Assembly (NCBI GenBank): GCA_038206875.1
Contig: JBBRAK010000001.1
Location: forward strand, 67,925-131,924
Length of the DNA: 64,000 nt
Reading direction: 5' to 3'
Origin: Candidatus Saccharimonadales bacterium
Lineage (GTDB): Bacteria; Patescibacteriota; Saccharimonadia; Saccharimonadales; JBBQAJ01
Below are positions 38,053-47,913 of this stretch, piece by piece. How positions within the stretch are numbered: the first letter of the stretch is position 1; each line of letters begins with the position of its first letter. Made by a program: the position numbers and the translations under genes. The notes beneath the pieces were generated by a model. That model saw only the letters and a program-made list of their open reading frames with translations, ran no database searches and was not told the DNA's origin.

Positions 38053-38088
38053 GTGGGGAATAGTGGGGAGTAGACTGTTGTTAGTGGG
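38053..38088 (+). promoter_or_regulatory. GTGGG direct repeats resembling an MraZ operator
   Basis: GTGGG at 38053, 38063 and 38084, i.e. 10-bp then 21-bp spacing, about 125 bp upstream of the mraZ ATG. MraZ binds spaced TGGGN/GTGGG repeats in its own promoter in E. coli and B. subtilis. Confidence 0.45.
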
Positions 38089-38209
38089 TTTTCGTAGGTA
38101 GAACATCGATTGCACTTCAGCCAAGCCAAAATAGTTTGTAACAGAGGTGTAAGCGAAACTTACGAAGCAAAATAAAAACCACTGTATATTAATCACTAAA
38201 GGTGTACCA

Positions 38210-38563
38210 ATGGACTACTTCGAACGAAAGCTCGACGAAAAGCGGAGACTTACACTTCCGCCCGAGCTTCGAGATAAGTTTGCAAGCGGGGCCGTTGTTA
38301 CACGTGGCTTTGGTCAATACCTACATTTATATCCCAAAGATGTTTGGGAAAATCTGGTAGAGCCGCGGCTAGAAGGCGACCTGTTGGACGAGCGCATAGC
38401 TGATTTGAACATCCAGTTTAGGATGGGAAAAACAGATATGAAGCCCGACGTTAGACAGGGACGCATAACTCTAGAGCAGCATCTGTTGGACTATGCAGGT
38501 ATAGATCGCGATATTTCTGCCGTAAGTGTAGGTAAGCGATATTGGCGAATTATGGCTAAATAA
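38210..38563 (+). CDS. mraZ: transcriptional regulator MraZ (compact form)
   Basis: Two DxxxR-type motifs (DEKRRLTLPPELR and DVRQGRITLEQHLLDYAGI). First gene of the dcw cluster. Only 117 aa. Confidence 0.8.
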   Translation: MDYFERKLDEKRRLTLPPELRDKFASGAVVTRGFGQYLHLYPKDVWENLVEPRLEGDLLDERIADLNIQFRMGKTDMKPDVRQGRITLEQHLLDYAGIDRDISAVSVGKRYWRIMAK

Positions 38564-39047
38564 CCACATTTGGTGAGCTTACGTTCTTTAACAACAAAAT
38601 TCAAACAGATAGAAAAACAGAGCAAGCTTTCATCCCGAAGTAAGGGAAATGAGCTGCCCGCCAAAATGTATTTCATTTTGCCGGCGCGATGAGAAAAACC
38701 GCAGGCCTGCCTGACGGCAGACAGGTTTGTCTCATTACCCGAGGTTAGCTATCTGGCAGACAACACGTGGACATGGGGTAACCACGCTAAAAACCCTCGT
38801 ACTTTCCATTAAAACACCTCCCAAAACTCCACCTCACACATAAGTCTCTCAAAATAGTTGTATAAGCAGTAAGGTCTTCGTAGGTTTTTTAAACCCACAA
38901 AAATAGACTCTACAAATTGCTAATATGACAAAAAAACAAAAACACCAAAAAACAAAAAGTTGGCTGCTGGATAGGTGACCTTGTAATAAAAAAGCAAGAA
39001 ATAAACACCAAAATCAAAAACCAAAATAAACATAGGATTTCTTCAAA

Positions 39048-39959
39048 ATGAAGAACCAAACTCACATTCCAGTGCTTCTTACGCAAGTCATGAAGTATCT
39101 AGACCCGAAAAAAGGGGATAAATATCTCGATTTGACGGCAGGATACGGTGGACATGCACAGAAAATATTGGAACGCACCTTAAATAGCAAGCAGGCAACT
39201 CTTGTTGATCGCGATCAAAAAGCGATTGACGAGCTGAAAAGCCAAAAGGAGTTACATGGTGCAGAAATAATCCACGAGGATTTTTTGTCTGCAAGTGTAA
39301 AACTTTTGGAACAAGGCCGTCAATTCAATGTTATTTTGGCTGATTTGGGCGTTTCGTCACCGCACCTTGATAATGCGGATCGTGGGTTTAGTATAAGGGC
39401 CAACGGGCCACTAGACATGCGCATGGACAGCCGTCAAGAACTTACTGCCAAAACCATAGTAAATACATATGATGAGGCAGATATAGTGAAGCTGCTACTA
39501 GACTATGGTGAAGAGCCAAAAGCTCGAACGATAGCGCGCAAGCTGGTTGCAAGTAGACCTATTACTACAACCCACGAGCTCGCAAAAATAATTGCGAGTA
39601 GCTCGCATAGTCGCAGTAAGGTTCATCCGGCAACCAAGAGTTTTCAAGCTCTCAGGATTGCAGTAAACGATGAGCTAGGATTGCTACAGAATGCTTTGCC
39701 ATTATGGCTTAAGCTACTTGATCCAGGAGGGCGAATAGTGATCATCAGTTTCCATAGTCTGGAAGATCGACTTACGAAAAATTTTTTTCGAGAGCATGCT
39801 GGTGACCGCTACGATGCTCCCTTAAAACTGCTCACCAAAAAGCCGGTGACGGCAGAGGAGCATGAATTAGTTTCCAATCCGCGTGCCCGTAGTGCCAAAC
39901 TACGAGCCGCAGTAAAAATAAACACATTCTCTACGGTTCGAAAGACCAAAGAGAACTAA
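39048..39959 (+). CDS. rsmH: 16S rRNA (cytosine1402-N4)-methyltransferase RsmH/MraW
   Basis: HIPVLL, LDLTAGYGGHA and FHSLEDR are the signature motifs. Confidence 0.92.
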   Translation: MKNQTHIPVLLTQVMKYLDPKKGDKYLDLTAGYGGHAQKILERTLNSKQATLVDRDQKAIDELKSQKELHGAEIIHEDFLSASVKLLEQGRQFNVILADLGVSSPHLDNADRGFSIRANGPLDMRMDSRQELTAKTIVNTYDEADIVKLLLDYGEEPKARTIARKLVASRPITTTHELAKIIASSSHSRSKVHPATKSFQALRIAVNDELGLLQNALPLWLKLLDPGGRIVIISFHSLEDRLTKNFFREHAGDRYDAPLKLLTKKPVTAEEHELVSNPRARSAKLRAAVKINTFSTVRKTKEN

Positions 39960-40126
39960 AAAAGGAAGGGGCAGAAAATGCCAATACAGGTCAAAAACCT
40001 CTCCCGAGCGTACAAGGTTCGTGTCAAAGTGATGTAAACCTTTGCGAAAAATCTTCTCACCTGTCTTAGGGCAGGTGAGAGGGCAAAAAAATAAAAATAA
40101 AATAAAATACAGGAAAAAACTAATCT

Positions 40127-40474
40127 ATGACTTATTCAAGTTCACTGGCGATGGGTAGACAACGTTTTGCGACAGGTCAGCAAAACACCACTCGTCACAA
40201 TACAAGCGAGCGGACGCTCGGACCAATTAGTAATACAATTATGCTAATTGTCATGGCGTGCTTGTTGGGGTTGCTATATCTTGCTCAAGTAACAAAGACA
40301 AATACTTTGAGTTACCAAATAAACGACCTAAAAACTAAGCAAACTCATTTAAAAAATGAAAACGATGATTTGGCAGTTAGTTCGGCGCGTTTGCAATCCC
40401 TTGAAAGAATCAAAAACAGCGAAGTTGCAAATAATTTGGTATCTCTGGCATCGTCTGCGACAGTACAAAACTAA
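40127..40474 (+). CDS. ftsL: cell-division protein FtsL-like (bitopic, coiled coil)
   Basis: Single TM (IMLIVMACLLGLLYLAQV) followed by a short coiled coil. Position between rsmH and ftsI. Confidence 0.6.
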   Translation: MTYSSSLAMGRQRFATGQQNTTRHNTSERTLGPISNTIMLIVMACLLGLLYLAQVTKTNTLSYQINDLKTKQTHLKNENDDLAVSSARLQSLERIKNSEVANNLVSLASSATVQN

Positions 40475-40492
40475 CTGATTAAAAGATTTATT

Positions 40493-42268
40493 GTGCGTCC
40501 AACTCGACTTAATCAAACAGTTCCAAAAACTATAACACGCGTTAAATTCTGGTACGCGTGTTTGTTGATTATTGCAGGAGTTTTTCTAATTAGACTTTTC
40601 TATCTGCAAGTAATAAGGCATGATTTTTATCAACAGGCAGCGTTGAGGGGACAGCTAAAGCAATATGAAATACAACCCGAGCGAGGAAAGATTGTTGCTC
40701 ACAACGGCATAGAGACTACGCCAATAGTCCTAAACCAAACCCTGTATACCCTATATACTGACCCCAAGTTTGTTAAGGACGCATCAAACACAGCTTTGGC
40801 ATTACAGAAGGTAATAGGAGGTGATGCCGGAGAATATCAAACAAAAATGACCGCCAATAGTCGTTATGAAATATTAGGCAAAAAACTAACTAAGGAAAAA
40901 AGTGATGCTATACGAGAACTAAAACTTAAAGGTGTTGGAACTCAGCCAACCAATTTTAGAACCTATCCACAAGGACAATTAGCATCGCAAATACTAGGGT
41001 TTGTAAATGATGAGGGTGATGGACAATATGGTTTAGAGCAGGCGTTAAATAATGAGTTAAAAGGCAAGGCGGGCCAGCTGAAGGCAATTACTGATGCCCA
41101 GGGAGTGCCACTAGCAGCAAATAAGGAAAATATAATAGTAAACCCGGTAGCGGGTAGACAAATTCTACTGACAGTTGACCTTGGCATGCAACAACAGTTG
41201 GAGGACGTTATCAAGCAACAGGTTGACGACACAAAGGCATCTCTAGGGTCTGCGTTAATAATGGACGCAAATACCGGTGCAATTAAGGCTATGGCCAACT
41301 ACCCAACATATAATCCTGGTGAGTTCACCAAGGTAGAGGACCAGTCCGTATTTAAAAATGCGGTTGTTTCTGACGCTTTTGAGGTTGGTTCAATAATGAA
41401 AACATTAACAGCTGCAGCCGCGCTAGACCAGGGTGTGATAAACAAAAATTCTAGCTACTATGACCCAGCGCAATTTACTGTCGACGGTTTTAAAATAACT
41501 AATATTGAAGAAGATGGTGGACCTGGCACTAAAACCATAGCTGATATATTGCAATTGTCGTTAAATACGGGAGCAACTTGGATGTTAATGCAGATGGGAG
41601 GTGGTCAAGTTAATCAAAAAGCACGTGAAGCATGGCATGACTATATGACTAATCATTATCAATTTGGTAGGCCTACTGGTATCGAGCAAAGCAATGAAGG
41701 TTCTGGTGTAGTACCAGATCCAAACGACGGGTTTGGCTTAAACATCCAGTATGCCAATACGGCATTTGGTCAGGGCCAAACAGAAACAATTTTGCAGATG
41801 GGTGCAGCGATTGCGTCCATAGTAAATGGTGGAACATATTATAAACCCCACCTTGTCGATGCGTATTTTGAGCAAGATGGTAGTATTAGGAAAAATGAAC
41901 CAACAATAGTTAAAAAGGATGTCGTTAATAAACAGGTTAGTCAAGATTTGCGGGAGTTTATGGAGTATACATTACAGAAAAATAAAATCAATTATGGCAC
42001 CAGAACTCTTCGTGATGAATATGCATATGGAGGAAAAACCGGGACTGCACAGATTCCAAATTCCACAGGGGGGTATTTCGACAATCAGTTTGAAGGAACA
42101 TTTTTGGGTTACGTTGGCGGTGATATGCCAGAGTATGTAATTGTTGTCCGGGTAAGTCGGGCTAGGAATATCTCTGGATATGCTGGAGCTAAAGCTGCGG
42201 CACCAATATATTTTAAGCTTGCAGATATGTTGATAAATAATTATGGTGTAAGGCCCAAATCTAGGTAA
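40493..42268 (+). CDS. ftsI: class B penicillin-binding protein (FtsI-type transpeptidase)
   Basis: N-terminal TM. SxxK (GSIMKT), SxN (SLNTG) and KTG (GGKTGTA). GTG start. Confidence 0.9.
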   Translation: MRPTRLNQTVPKTITRVKFWYACLLIIAGVFLIRLFYLQVIRHDFYQQAALRGQLKQYEIQPERGKIVAHNGIETTPIVLNQTLYTLYTDPKFVKDASNTALALQKVIGGDAGEYQTKMTANSRYEILGKKLTKEKSDAIRELKLKGVGTQPTNFRTYPQGQLASQILGFVNDEGDGQYGLEQALNNELKGKAGQLKAITDAQGVPLAANKENIIVNPVAGRQILLTVDLGMQQQLEDVIKQQVDDTKASLGSALIMDANTGAIKAMANYPTYNPGEFTKVEDQSVFKNAVVSDAFEVGSIMKTLTAAAALDQGVINKNSSYYDPAQFTVDGFKITNIEEDGGPGTKTIADILQLSLNTGATWMLMQMGGGQVNQKAREAWHDYMTNHYQFGRPTGIEQSNEGSGVVPDPNDGFGLNIQYANTAFGQGQTETILQMGAAIASIVNGGTYYKPHLVDAYFEQDGSIRKNEPTIVKKDVVNKQVSQDLREFMEYTLQKNKINYGTRTLRDEYAYGGKTGTAQIPNSTGGYFDNQFEGTFLGYVGGDMPEYVIVVRVSRARNISGYAGAKAAAPIYFKLADMLINNYGVRPKSR

Positions 42269-42294
42269 TTTAAGGTATAATTAGAAAATATTTC

Positions 42295-43338
42295 ATGGAA
42301 CAATCATTAGACATATCAGTTCAAGTTAACACAGTGCTGAGAATACTGCTTCTAGGAGGGTTTAGCTTTGTATTAAGTATGGTTCTGACTCCTTTGTACA
42401 CACACATGGCGTACAAGGGACATTGGTGGAAAAAACCTAGAGAAAAAACAGTAACGGGTGAAATCGCTAAAGTTTTTACAAAGTTACATGCTTCAAAACA
42501 TAAAAGACTCATTCCAACTATGGCTGGTGTGATTTTTGTGCTGTCTGCTGGGTTGACGACTTTGCTCTTTAATCTGAGCCGTTCGGAAACATGGCTTCCG
42601 CTGGCTGCTTTTGTGGGGGCTGGTGCTGTCGGGCTTTTGGACGATATAATAAATATTCGGGGTAGTGGCAAGGGTGTAGCGGGGCTTCCTTCCAGGTTTA
42701 AGCTGATTTTAATGACACTTATTGCCCTCGTAGGTGGCTGGTTCTTTTACTTTCGTCTTGAAGTCACAAGCATACACTTACCCTGGCTAGGTCAACTGGG
42801 GATTGGATGGTTGATTATCCCGCTGTTTGTTTTGGTAGTTGTTGCTACGGCAAACGCCGTAAACATAAGTGACGGCTTGGACGGTTTAGCTGGTGGTTTG
42901 GTGGCAATTGCGTTTGGAGTATATTCAGTAATAGCATTTGTGGATCATAGGTACGGTATTGCTGGGTTCTGTATGAGTATAGTCGGTGCGCTTCTAAGCT
43001 ATACATGGTTTAATATATTTCCAGCACGATTTTTTATGGGCGATATAGGTTCATTTGCCCTCGGCACTGCTCTGGGAGTGGTTGCAATGCTTACTGACAC
43101 CGTTGTCATTTTGCCAATAATTGGGATTGTTTTTGTGGCTGAGGCAGGTTCAGTGATACTTCAAATTTCATCTAAGAAACTGCGAAATGGCAAAAAAATA
43201 TTTTTAATATCTCCCATACATCATCATTTTGAGGCACTTGGTTGGCCTGAAGCAAAAGTCACAATGAGATTTTGGGTGATAGGACAAGTAGCGGGAATTT
43301 TGGGGTTAGTCATGTTTTTGATTGGTAGGAATTTCTAA
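42295..43338 (+). CDS. mraY: phospho-N-acetylmuramoyl-pentapeptide transferase
   Basis: NAVNISDGLDGLAGG, and DD/HHH motifs. Ten TM helices. Confidence 0.93.
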   Translation: MEQSLDISVQVNTVLRILLLGGFSFVLSMVLTPLYTHMAYKGHWWKKPREKTVTGEIAKVFTKLHASKHKRLIPTMAGVIFVLSAGLTTLLFNLSRSETWLPLAAFVGAGAVGLLDDIINIRGSGKGVAGLPSRFKLILMTLIALVGGWFFYFRLEVTSIHLPWLGQLGIGWLIIPLFVLVVVATANAVNISDGLDGLAGGLVAIAFGVYSVIAFVDHRYGIAGFCMSIVGALLSYTWFNIFPARFFMGDIGSFALGTALGVVAMLTDTVVILPIIGIVFVAEAGSVILQISSKKLRNGKKIFLISPIHHHFEALGWPEAKVTMRFWVIGQVAGILGLVMFLIGRNF

Positions 43339-43394
43339 GTGATCTTTGCTTTGAAAGTTACATCCCGGCTTCTATGCGATAGAAAGGCAAGTTA

Positions 43395-44627
43395 ATGCGT
43401 CCAATAGGAGCGAGACGGCCAGCTTTTTTAGACCGGTCTGGGCAAAGGCGACATAAACCAGACTATGTATTGTTAATTATTTCAGTTGTTCTTTTAGTTG
43501 TAGGTTTGATTGTAGTTATTGCCATAAGTCCTGGCTTGGCTGCACAAAAAAATCTAACAGAAAATTTTATCGTAACCAAGCAAATAGTTACTACCATACT
43601 TGCGATTTTGACGTTCACAATAGTGTCTAGAGTACCTATGTCGACTTGGAAAAAGTTGAGTAAACCCCTTATTTTACTGGCAGGTGGTGCAACTATTTTG
43701 GCATTGGTATTGCCAGTTAGCCCTGATTACCCGGCTCACAGATGGATTAGAATCGGTGGACAATCACTTCAGTCAGTTGAGTTTATTAAACTTGCAATAG
43801 TTATCAGTTTATCAATATTCTTAGCAGATAAGATTAGAAGGGGAGTAATAACTGAGTCAAAACGAACCTTGAACCCAATTCTGATTATAATCGGTGTATT
43901 GGGAGTTGTTGTGGCCGGTGCCCAGCAAGACTTGGGTTCTACGGGTGTTCTGGTTGTAATGGTAGCAGCAATGGCATATGTTGCAGGGCTGCCACTTAAG
44001 CGCATTGCGCAAATTGGAGCAATTATTTCAATCGGTACCTTGATTGCAATTTCAACATCTGCGTATCGCCGTGAAAGGGTTTTGACTTATTTAAACCCTG
44101 AAAAAGACTGCCAAAATGCGGGTTATCAGGCATGCCAGGCATTGATTGCTGTCGGGTCTGGAGGAATATCTGGCAAAGGATTAGGGTATGGCGCACAAGC
44201 GTATGGTTATTTGCCCGAGGCGTCAAACGACTCGATATTTGCTATTTTTGCGGAAAAATTTGGATTTATTGGTACCGCTGGAATTTTAGCGTTGTATGTA
44301 GGTCTTTTTAGTAGAGTCAAGAACATTTTGGAAAGAGCAGCAGACAATTATACAAGACTTGTAGTAGCAGGAGTTTTTGCATGGCTAAGTACGCAGACTT
44401 TAATAAATGTCGGAGCCATGATAGGTTTATTGCCGTTAAAAGGCATCACTTTGCCATTTATTAGTGCGGGCGGGACTAGCGTGCTTTTTGTTAGCGCAGC
44501 TGTCGGTATAGTATTCCAAATATCGCATTATACGACTTTTGGAGTAAGTGATAGTTCTGAAAACGTACCTGAGCTGGCTACAAGAAGTTCCGGCGGTGAT
44601 TGGCGAAGGGATAGGCGTAGAAGATGA
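43395..44627 (+). CDS. ftsW: SEDS-family peptidoglycan polymerase FtsW/RodA
   Basis: Ten-TM SEDS layout with the conserved PLKGITLPFISAGGTS region. Arg-rich C-terminal tail. Confidence 0.9.
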   Translation: MRPIGARRPAFLDRSGQRRHKPDYVLLIISVVLLVVGLIVVIAISPGLAAQKNLTENFIVTKQIVTTILAILTFTIVSRVPMSTWKKLSKPLILLAGGATILALVLPVSPDYPAHRWIRIGGQSLQSVEFIKLAIVISLSIFLADKIRRGVITESKRTLNPILIIIGVLGVVVAGAQQDLGSTGVLVVMVAAMAYVAGLPLKRIAQIGAIISIGTLIAISTSAYRRERVLTYLNPEKDCQNAGYQACQALIAVGSGGISGKGLGYGAQAYGYLPEASNDSIFAIFAEKFGFIGTAGILALYVGLFSRVKNILERAADNYTRLVVAGVFAWLSTQTLINVGAMIGLLPLKGITLPFISAGGTSVLFVSAAVGIVFQISHYTTFGVSDSSENVPELATRSSGGDWRRDRRRR

Positions 44628-45778
44628 AATATTTGTTGAGTGGTGGGGGTACAGGAGGGCATATTAACCCTATTCTAGCGCTTGCTGAAGAACTAAAATA
44701 CTTAGAACCAAATAGTGCAGTTGTGTATGTCGGTGAAAGACACAGCAAATTCAAATCTCTGACCGAAGGTAGTAGATTAATTGATGAGAAATTTACAGTG
44801 TACTCAGGCAAATTTCGACGTTATCATGGTGAATCCGTGTTGAATCGAATATTTGATATAGTGACAATTGCTAAAAATTTTCGTGATGTAGTGTTTGTGG
44901 TGATTGGTTTTGTACAAAGCTACAAAATATTAGTAAAAACTAAACCGGATGTAGTCTTTTTAAAAGGTGGGTATGTTGGTGTTCCGGTTGGTTTGGCTTC
45001 GTCGTTGCTGCATATCCCAATTGTTACACATGATTCAGATGCCATACCCGGACTTGCAAATAAAATAGTGAGCAGGTGGACAAGTATTCATGCCACGGCG
45101 CTAGAAGCTGATTACTACAAGTATCCTAGAAATAAAATAAAAACCGTTGGGGTTCTAGTAGAAAAAAATTACCAACCAGTTAACGATGAAATCCAACGTG
45201 ATTACAAAAAGCAATTAGGTCTACCAGAAAACGAACAACTTGTGCTAATTACAGGTGGTAGTTCTGGCGCTGAACGGTTGAACCGGGTAGTGGTGAAAAT
45301 AATATCGGAGTTGCTTGATAAACACAGAGAGCTACGAGTTGTTCACCAAGTTGGGAAGGAGAAGCAGAAGGTGTATGGGGAGTTTCAACACGATAGACTA
45401 CAGATATTAGAATTTATGTCGCCAATGTATGTTTATACAGGAGCAGCTGACCTAATAGTTACTAGAGCTGGTGCAAATGCATTAGCGGAGTTTGGGATAC
45501 AAGGTAAGGCATGTATTGTCGTCCCCAACCCTGAACTAACGGGAGGGCATCAGACTAAAAACGCTCAAATTTTGGAAGGGGAGGGTGCTGTGGTGGTAGT
45601 AGAAGAGGATAAATTAACAGATGAAAAAGAGGGTCTTCTGACTAAAATAGCATCATTGATTAGTGATGACCCAAAAAGACGTCATTTGGCAGAAAACTTA
45701 CAGAAATATACTATTCCAAATGCAGCCAATTCATTAGCTCAGATTTTGATTAATGTACCAAAAGACACTAGTAAGTAG
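44624..45778 (+). CDS. murG: undecaprenyldiphospho-muramoylpentapeptide beta-N-acetylglucosaminyltransferase
   Basis: GGGTGGHINP motif and GT-B fold C-terminal region (TGGSSGA). Confidence 0.9.
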   Translation: MKYLLSGGGTGGHINPILALAEELKYLEPNSAVVYVGERHSKFKSLTEGSRLIDEKFTVYSGKFRRYHGESVLNRIFDIVTIAKNFRDVVFVVIGFVQSYKILVKTKPDVVFLKGGYVGVPVGLASSLLHIPIVTHDSDAIPGLANKIVSRWTSIHATALEADYYKYPRNKIKTVGVLVEKNYQPVNDEIQRDYKKQLGLPENEQLVLITGGSSGAERLNRVVVKIISELLDKHRELRVVHQVGKEKQKVYGEFQHDRLQILEFMSPMYVYTGAADLIVTRAGANALAEFGIQGKACIVVPNPELTGGHQTKNAQILEGEGAVVVVEEDKLTDEKEGLLTKIASLISDDPKRRHLAENLQKYTIPNAANSLAQILINVPKDTSK

Positions 45779-45784
45779 CAATAA

Positions 45785-46696
45785 ATGCGTTTATTTGAAA
45801 GAAAAAATAAGCTTCAACCACGTAGGCGTGAAAGACCGCCAAACAATCACCCAGCTACTTTTTCATATTACGCTAGAGGTGCAGTGTCTGATGACAAAAA
45901 TGGTGCTCAACGAAATATTTCAAAATCTGACATATCTCGCAAGTATCGGTTTAAGTTTAGTCATATTCCAAGCTATATTGCACTGGTAGTTATTGCTGTT
46001 GCACTTGGGTATTCATGTCTACTTCAACCAAACCCTAAAATCATAATTGTTGGTGCTCCAGATACGGTACATCGCGACACCAAAGAGTATAAGGATGTTG
46101 TAAATTCAATTTGGAGTAAATCGGTCTTCAGTAGAACGAAGCTGACAATTTCTACAAACGAAATTGAAAGAGAAATTGCAAAAAGGTTTCCGGAAGTCGC
46201 CGATATCCACATAGAACTACCCCTAATGGGCAGACGGGCTACGGTGACGCTGACTCCTGTAAAGCCATCATTGCAAATAGTTAGTGTAAACGGTTCGTTC
46301 TATGTTGATTCAAGTGGCAAAGTTCTGGCCAAAACTTTGGATTTGCAGCAAAACGATATAAAAGAACTTCCACTTATTAGAGACGAGTCAGGCATTTCGG
46401 CAGATCCAGGCAAAGACATTATTCCTGGACCCGACGCAAAATTTTTGCAAAATTTGTATGTTCAACTTCGTGCACAAGGCGTAACGGTGGAGTCAATAAC
46501 TTTGCCGAAAGGTGTCGCGATTCAGGCAGATGTAAAAGTCACTGAACAGCGTTATTATGTAAAGTTTTCTCTGGATAGCGATCCCCGGCAAGCAGTAGGG
46601 ACCTACATGGCAGCAAAAGCAAAACTAGACAGCGAACGGGTTGTACCTGCTGAGTATCTAGATGTCAGAGTACCGGAGAAAGTTTTCTATAAATAA
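45785..46696 (+). CDS. ftsQ: cell-division protein FtsQ/DivIB-like (POTRA)
   Basis: Basic N-terminus, single TM (IALVVIAVALGY), periplasmic POTRA-like region. Position after murG. Confidence 0.55.
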   Translation: MRLFERKNKLQPRRRERPPNNHPATFSYYARGAVSDDKNGAQRNISKSDISRKYRFKFSHIPSYIALVVIAVALGYSCLLQPNPKIIIVGAPDTVHRDTKEYKDVVNSIWSKSVFSRTKLTISTNEIEREIAKRFPEVADIHIELPLMGRRATVTLTPVKPSLQIVSVNGSFYVDSSGKVLAKTLDLQQNDIKELPLIRDESGISADPGKDIIPGPDAKFLQNLYVQLRAQGVTVESITLPKGVAIQADVKVTEQRYYVKFSLDSDPRQAVGTYMAAKAKLDSERVVPAEYLDVRVPEKVFYK

Positions 46697-47298
46697 CTAG
46701 TTAAGTCGGTTTACGGAAATTGCAAGTCCCACTACTGCTACTCTGCTTCAGTTCGCAAAATGTTCATGTTTATTTGAGCCGTAAACTTTGAGAAAAAGTA
46801 TATAACACATCTAAAACAGGCAATTGTCAAAAAAACTATGTACATCAGAAAAGCAGGGTATTGCAAATTTTAAAACAATAGCATGAAAAAGCAAATGTTT
46901 TCACGACGTAACTGTGGATAAGTCAAATAGTGTCAATCGTCACAACAGCAATCAACGAGCTGGGCATACGCAAAGACTTCAAGGATAGTTTGGAGTAGTA
47001 CAGTCCAGTCTGAGTTTATTTTGATGCAATGGCAAAATAGTTCCCTACAGGGGATGTACTAGCAATCAAGAAACCACACCATTATAGAGTCGTAAAATAT
47101 ACATTGTGCGACGTGAGGTATGTGTGTTATTGGACTACTCTGCTTACGTTCCATCCGCCCACTATTCTCTAAATATTTTTTCTAATTACTTTACACGCTG
47201 ACTGCTCTGTCAAGCACAGTTCAGTTCCGTTTAGCTGTTTTGAATTATCCGATGTTTGGTACATAAAAACGTTCGCAAAATGTTCGTATTAATTTAAG

Positions 47299-47895
47299 CT
47301 ATAAGTAAATCTCTGTGGCATTCTTGAACCCAAGGCTGGTATCCATCGTGAACTCTTGGCGCCCCATTCTAGGCTCAATATCAACATACCAGAACTTGGG
47401 AGGTTCTTGTGGTGCGGTGACTTTTACGCCAAAGACTACCTGTTCTAAATTGATGTCTCCATATTCATCATCCAGGTTGTGAGCGACTTCAGAAAAGAAT
47501 TGATCAGCTCCAGCAGTAAAAGCCTCGATAGATTCTGGCGGTATGGGCTCGGTAATCGGAATGATGGTTTCCACTTCTGATACTAGCAAGAAGCCATCAG
47601 GCACTATATTTTCTATTAGCCTGCGGTCTGTTTCAATCTTTGGAGTATCTTCGCATAATACCCAAGTGTATTCTACAACTCCGACTGCACATAATTCACC
47701 AATATGCTCAAAAACTTGATCTGCTCTCTGAAGTCGAGTTTTTAATGATTCTTTTCGACCCGAAGTTCTAACTACGCGAACAAAATTGGGTTTTTCGCCG
47801 GCGCTTGCTACCTCTTCGTATTGTGCTTTTTTGTATAGAACATCATCAGATGGGTACACCGGCAAATCTAAGCCGTGGTGTCTTACATAAATCAT
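47299..47895 (-). CDS. hypothetical acidic protein
   Basis: 198 aa, no motif recognised. Its 3' end overlaps one copy of a 29-nt direct repeat. Confidence 0.4.
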   Translation of the reverse strand: MIYVRHHGLDLPVYPSDDVLYKKAQYEEVASAGEKPNFVRVVRTSGRKESLKTRLQRADQVFEHIGELCAVGVVEYTWVLCEDTPKIETDRRLIENIVPDGFLLVSEVETIIPITEPIPPESIEAFTAGADQFFSEVAHNLDDEYGDINLEQVVFGVKVTAPQEPPKFWYVDIEPRMGRQEFTMDTSLGFKNATEIYL

Positions 47896-47913
47896 AGTCG
47901 TAGACTTATTCGG

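Noticed and set aside
38564-39047. 484-bp mraZ-rsmH spacer as a possible ncRNA locus
   Set aside because: Contains a few short hairpins (CGCCAAAATG.../CATTTTGCCGG; AGACA-GGTT-TGTCT) and an A-rich 3' half, but no promoter-terminator pair or conserved RNA motif was recognised. Probably promoter/UTR sequence.
46697-47298. Chromosomal replication origin (oriC)
   Set aside because: Only one perfect DnaA box and no obvious cluster of degenerate boxes. No dnaA/dnaN/gyrB nearby. DnaA boxes are also scattered elsewhere in the window.
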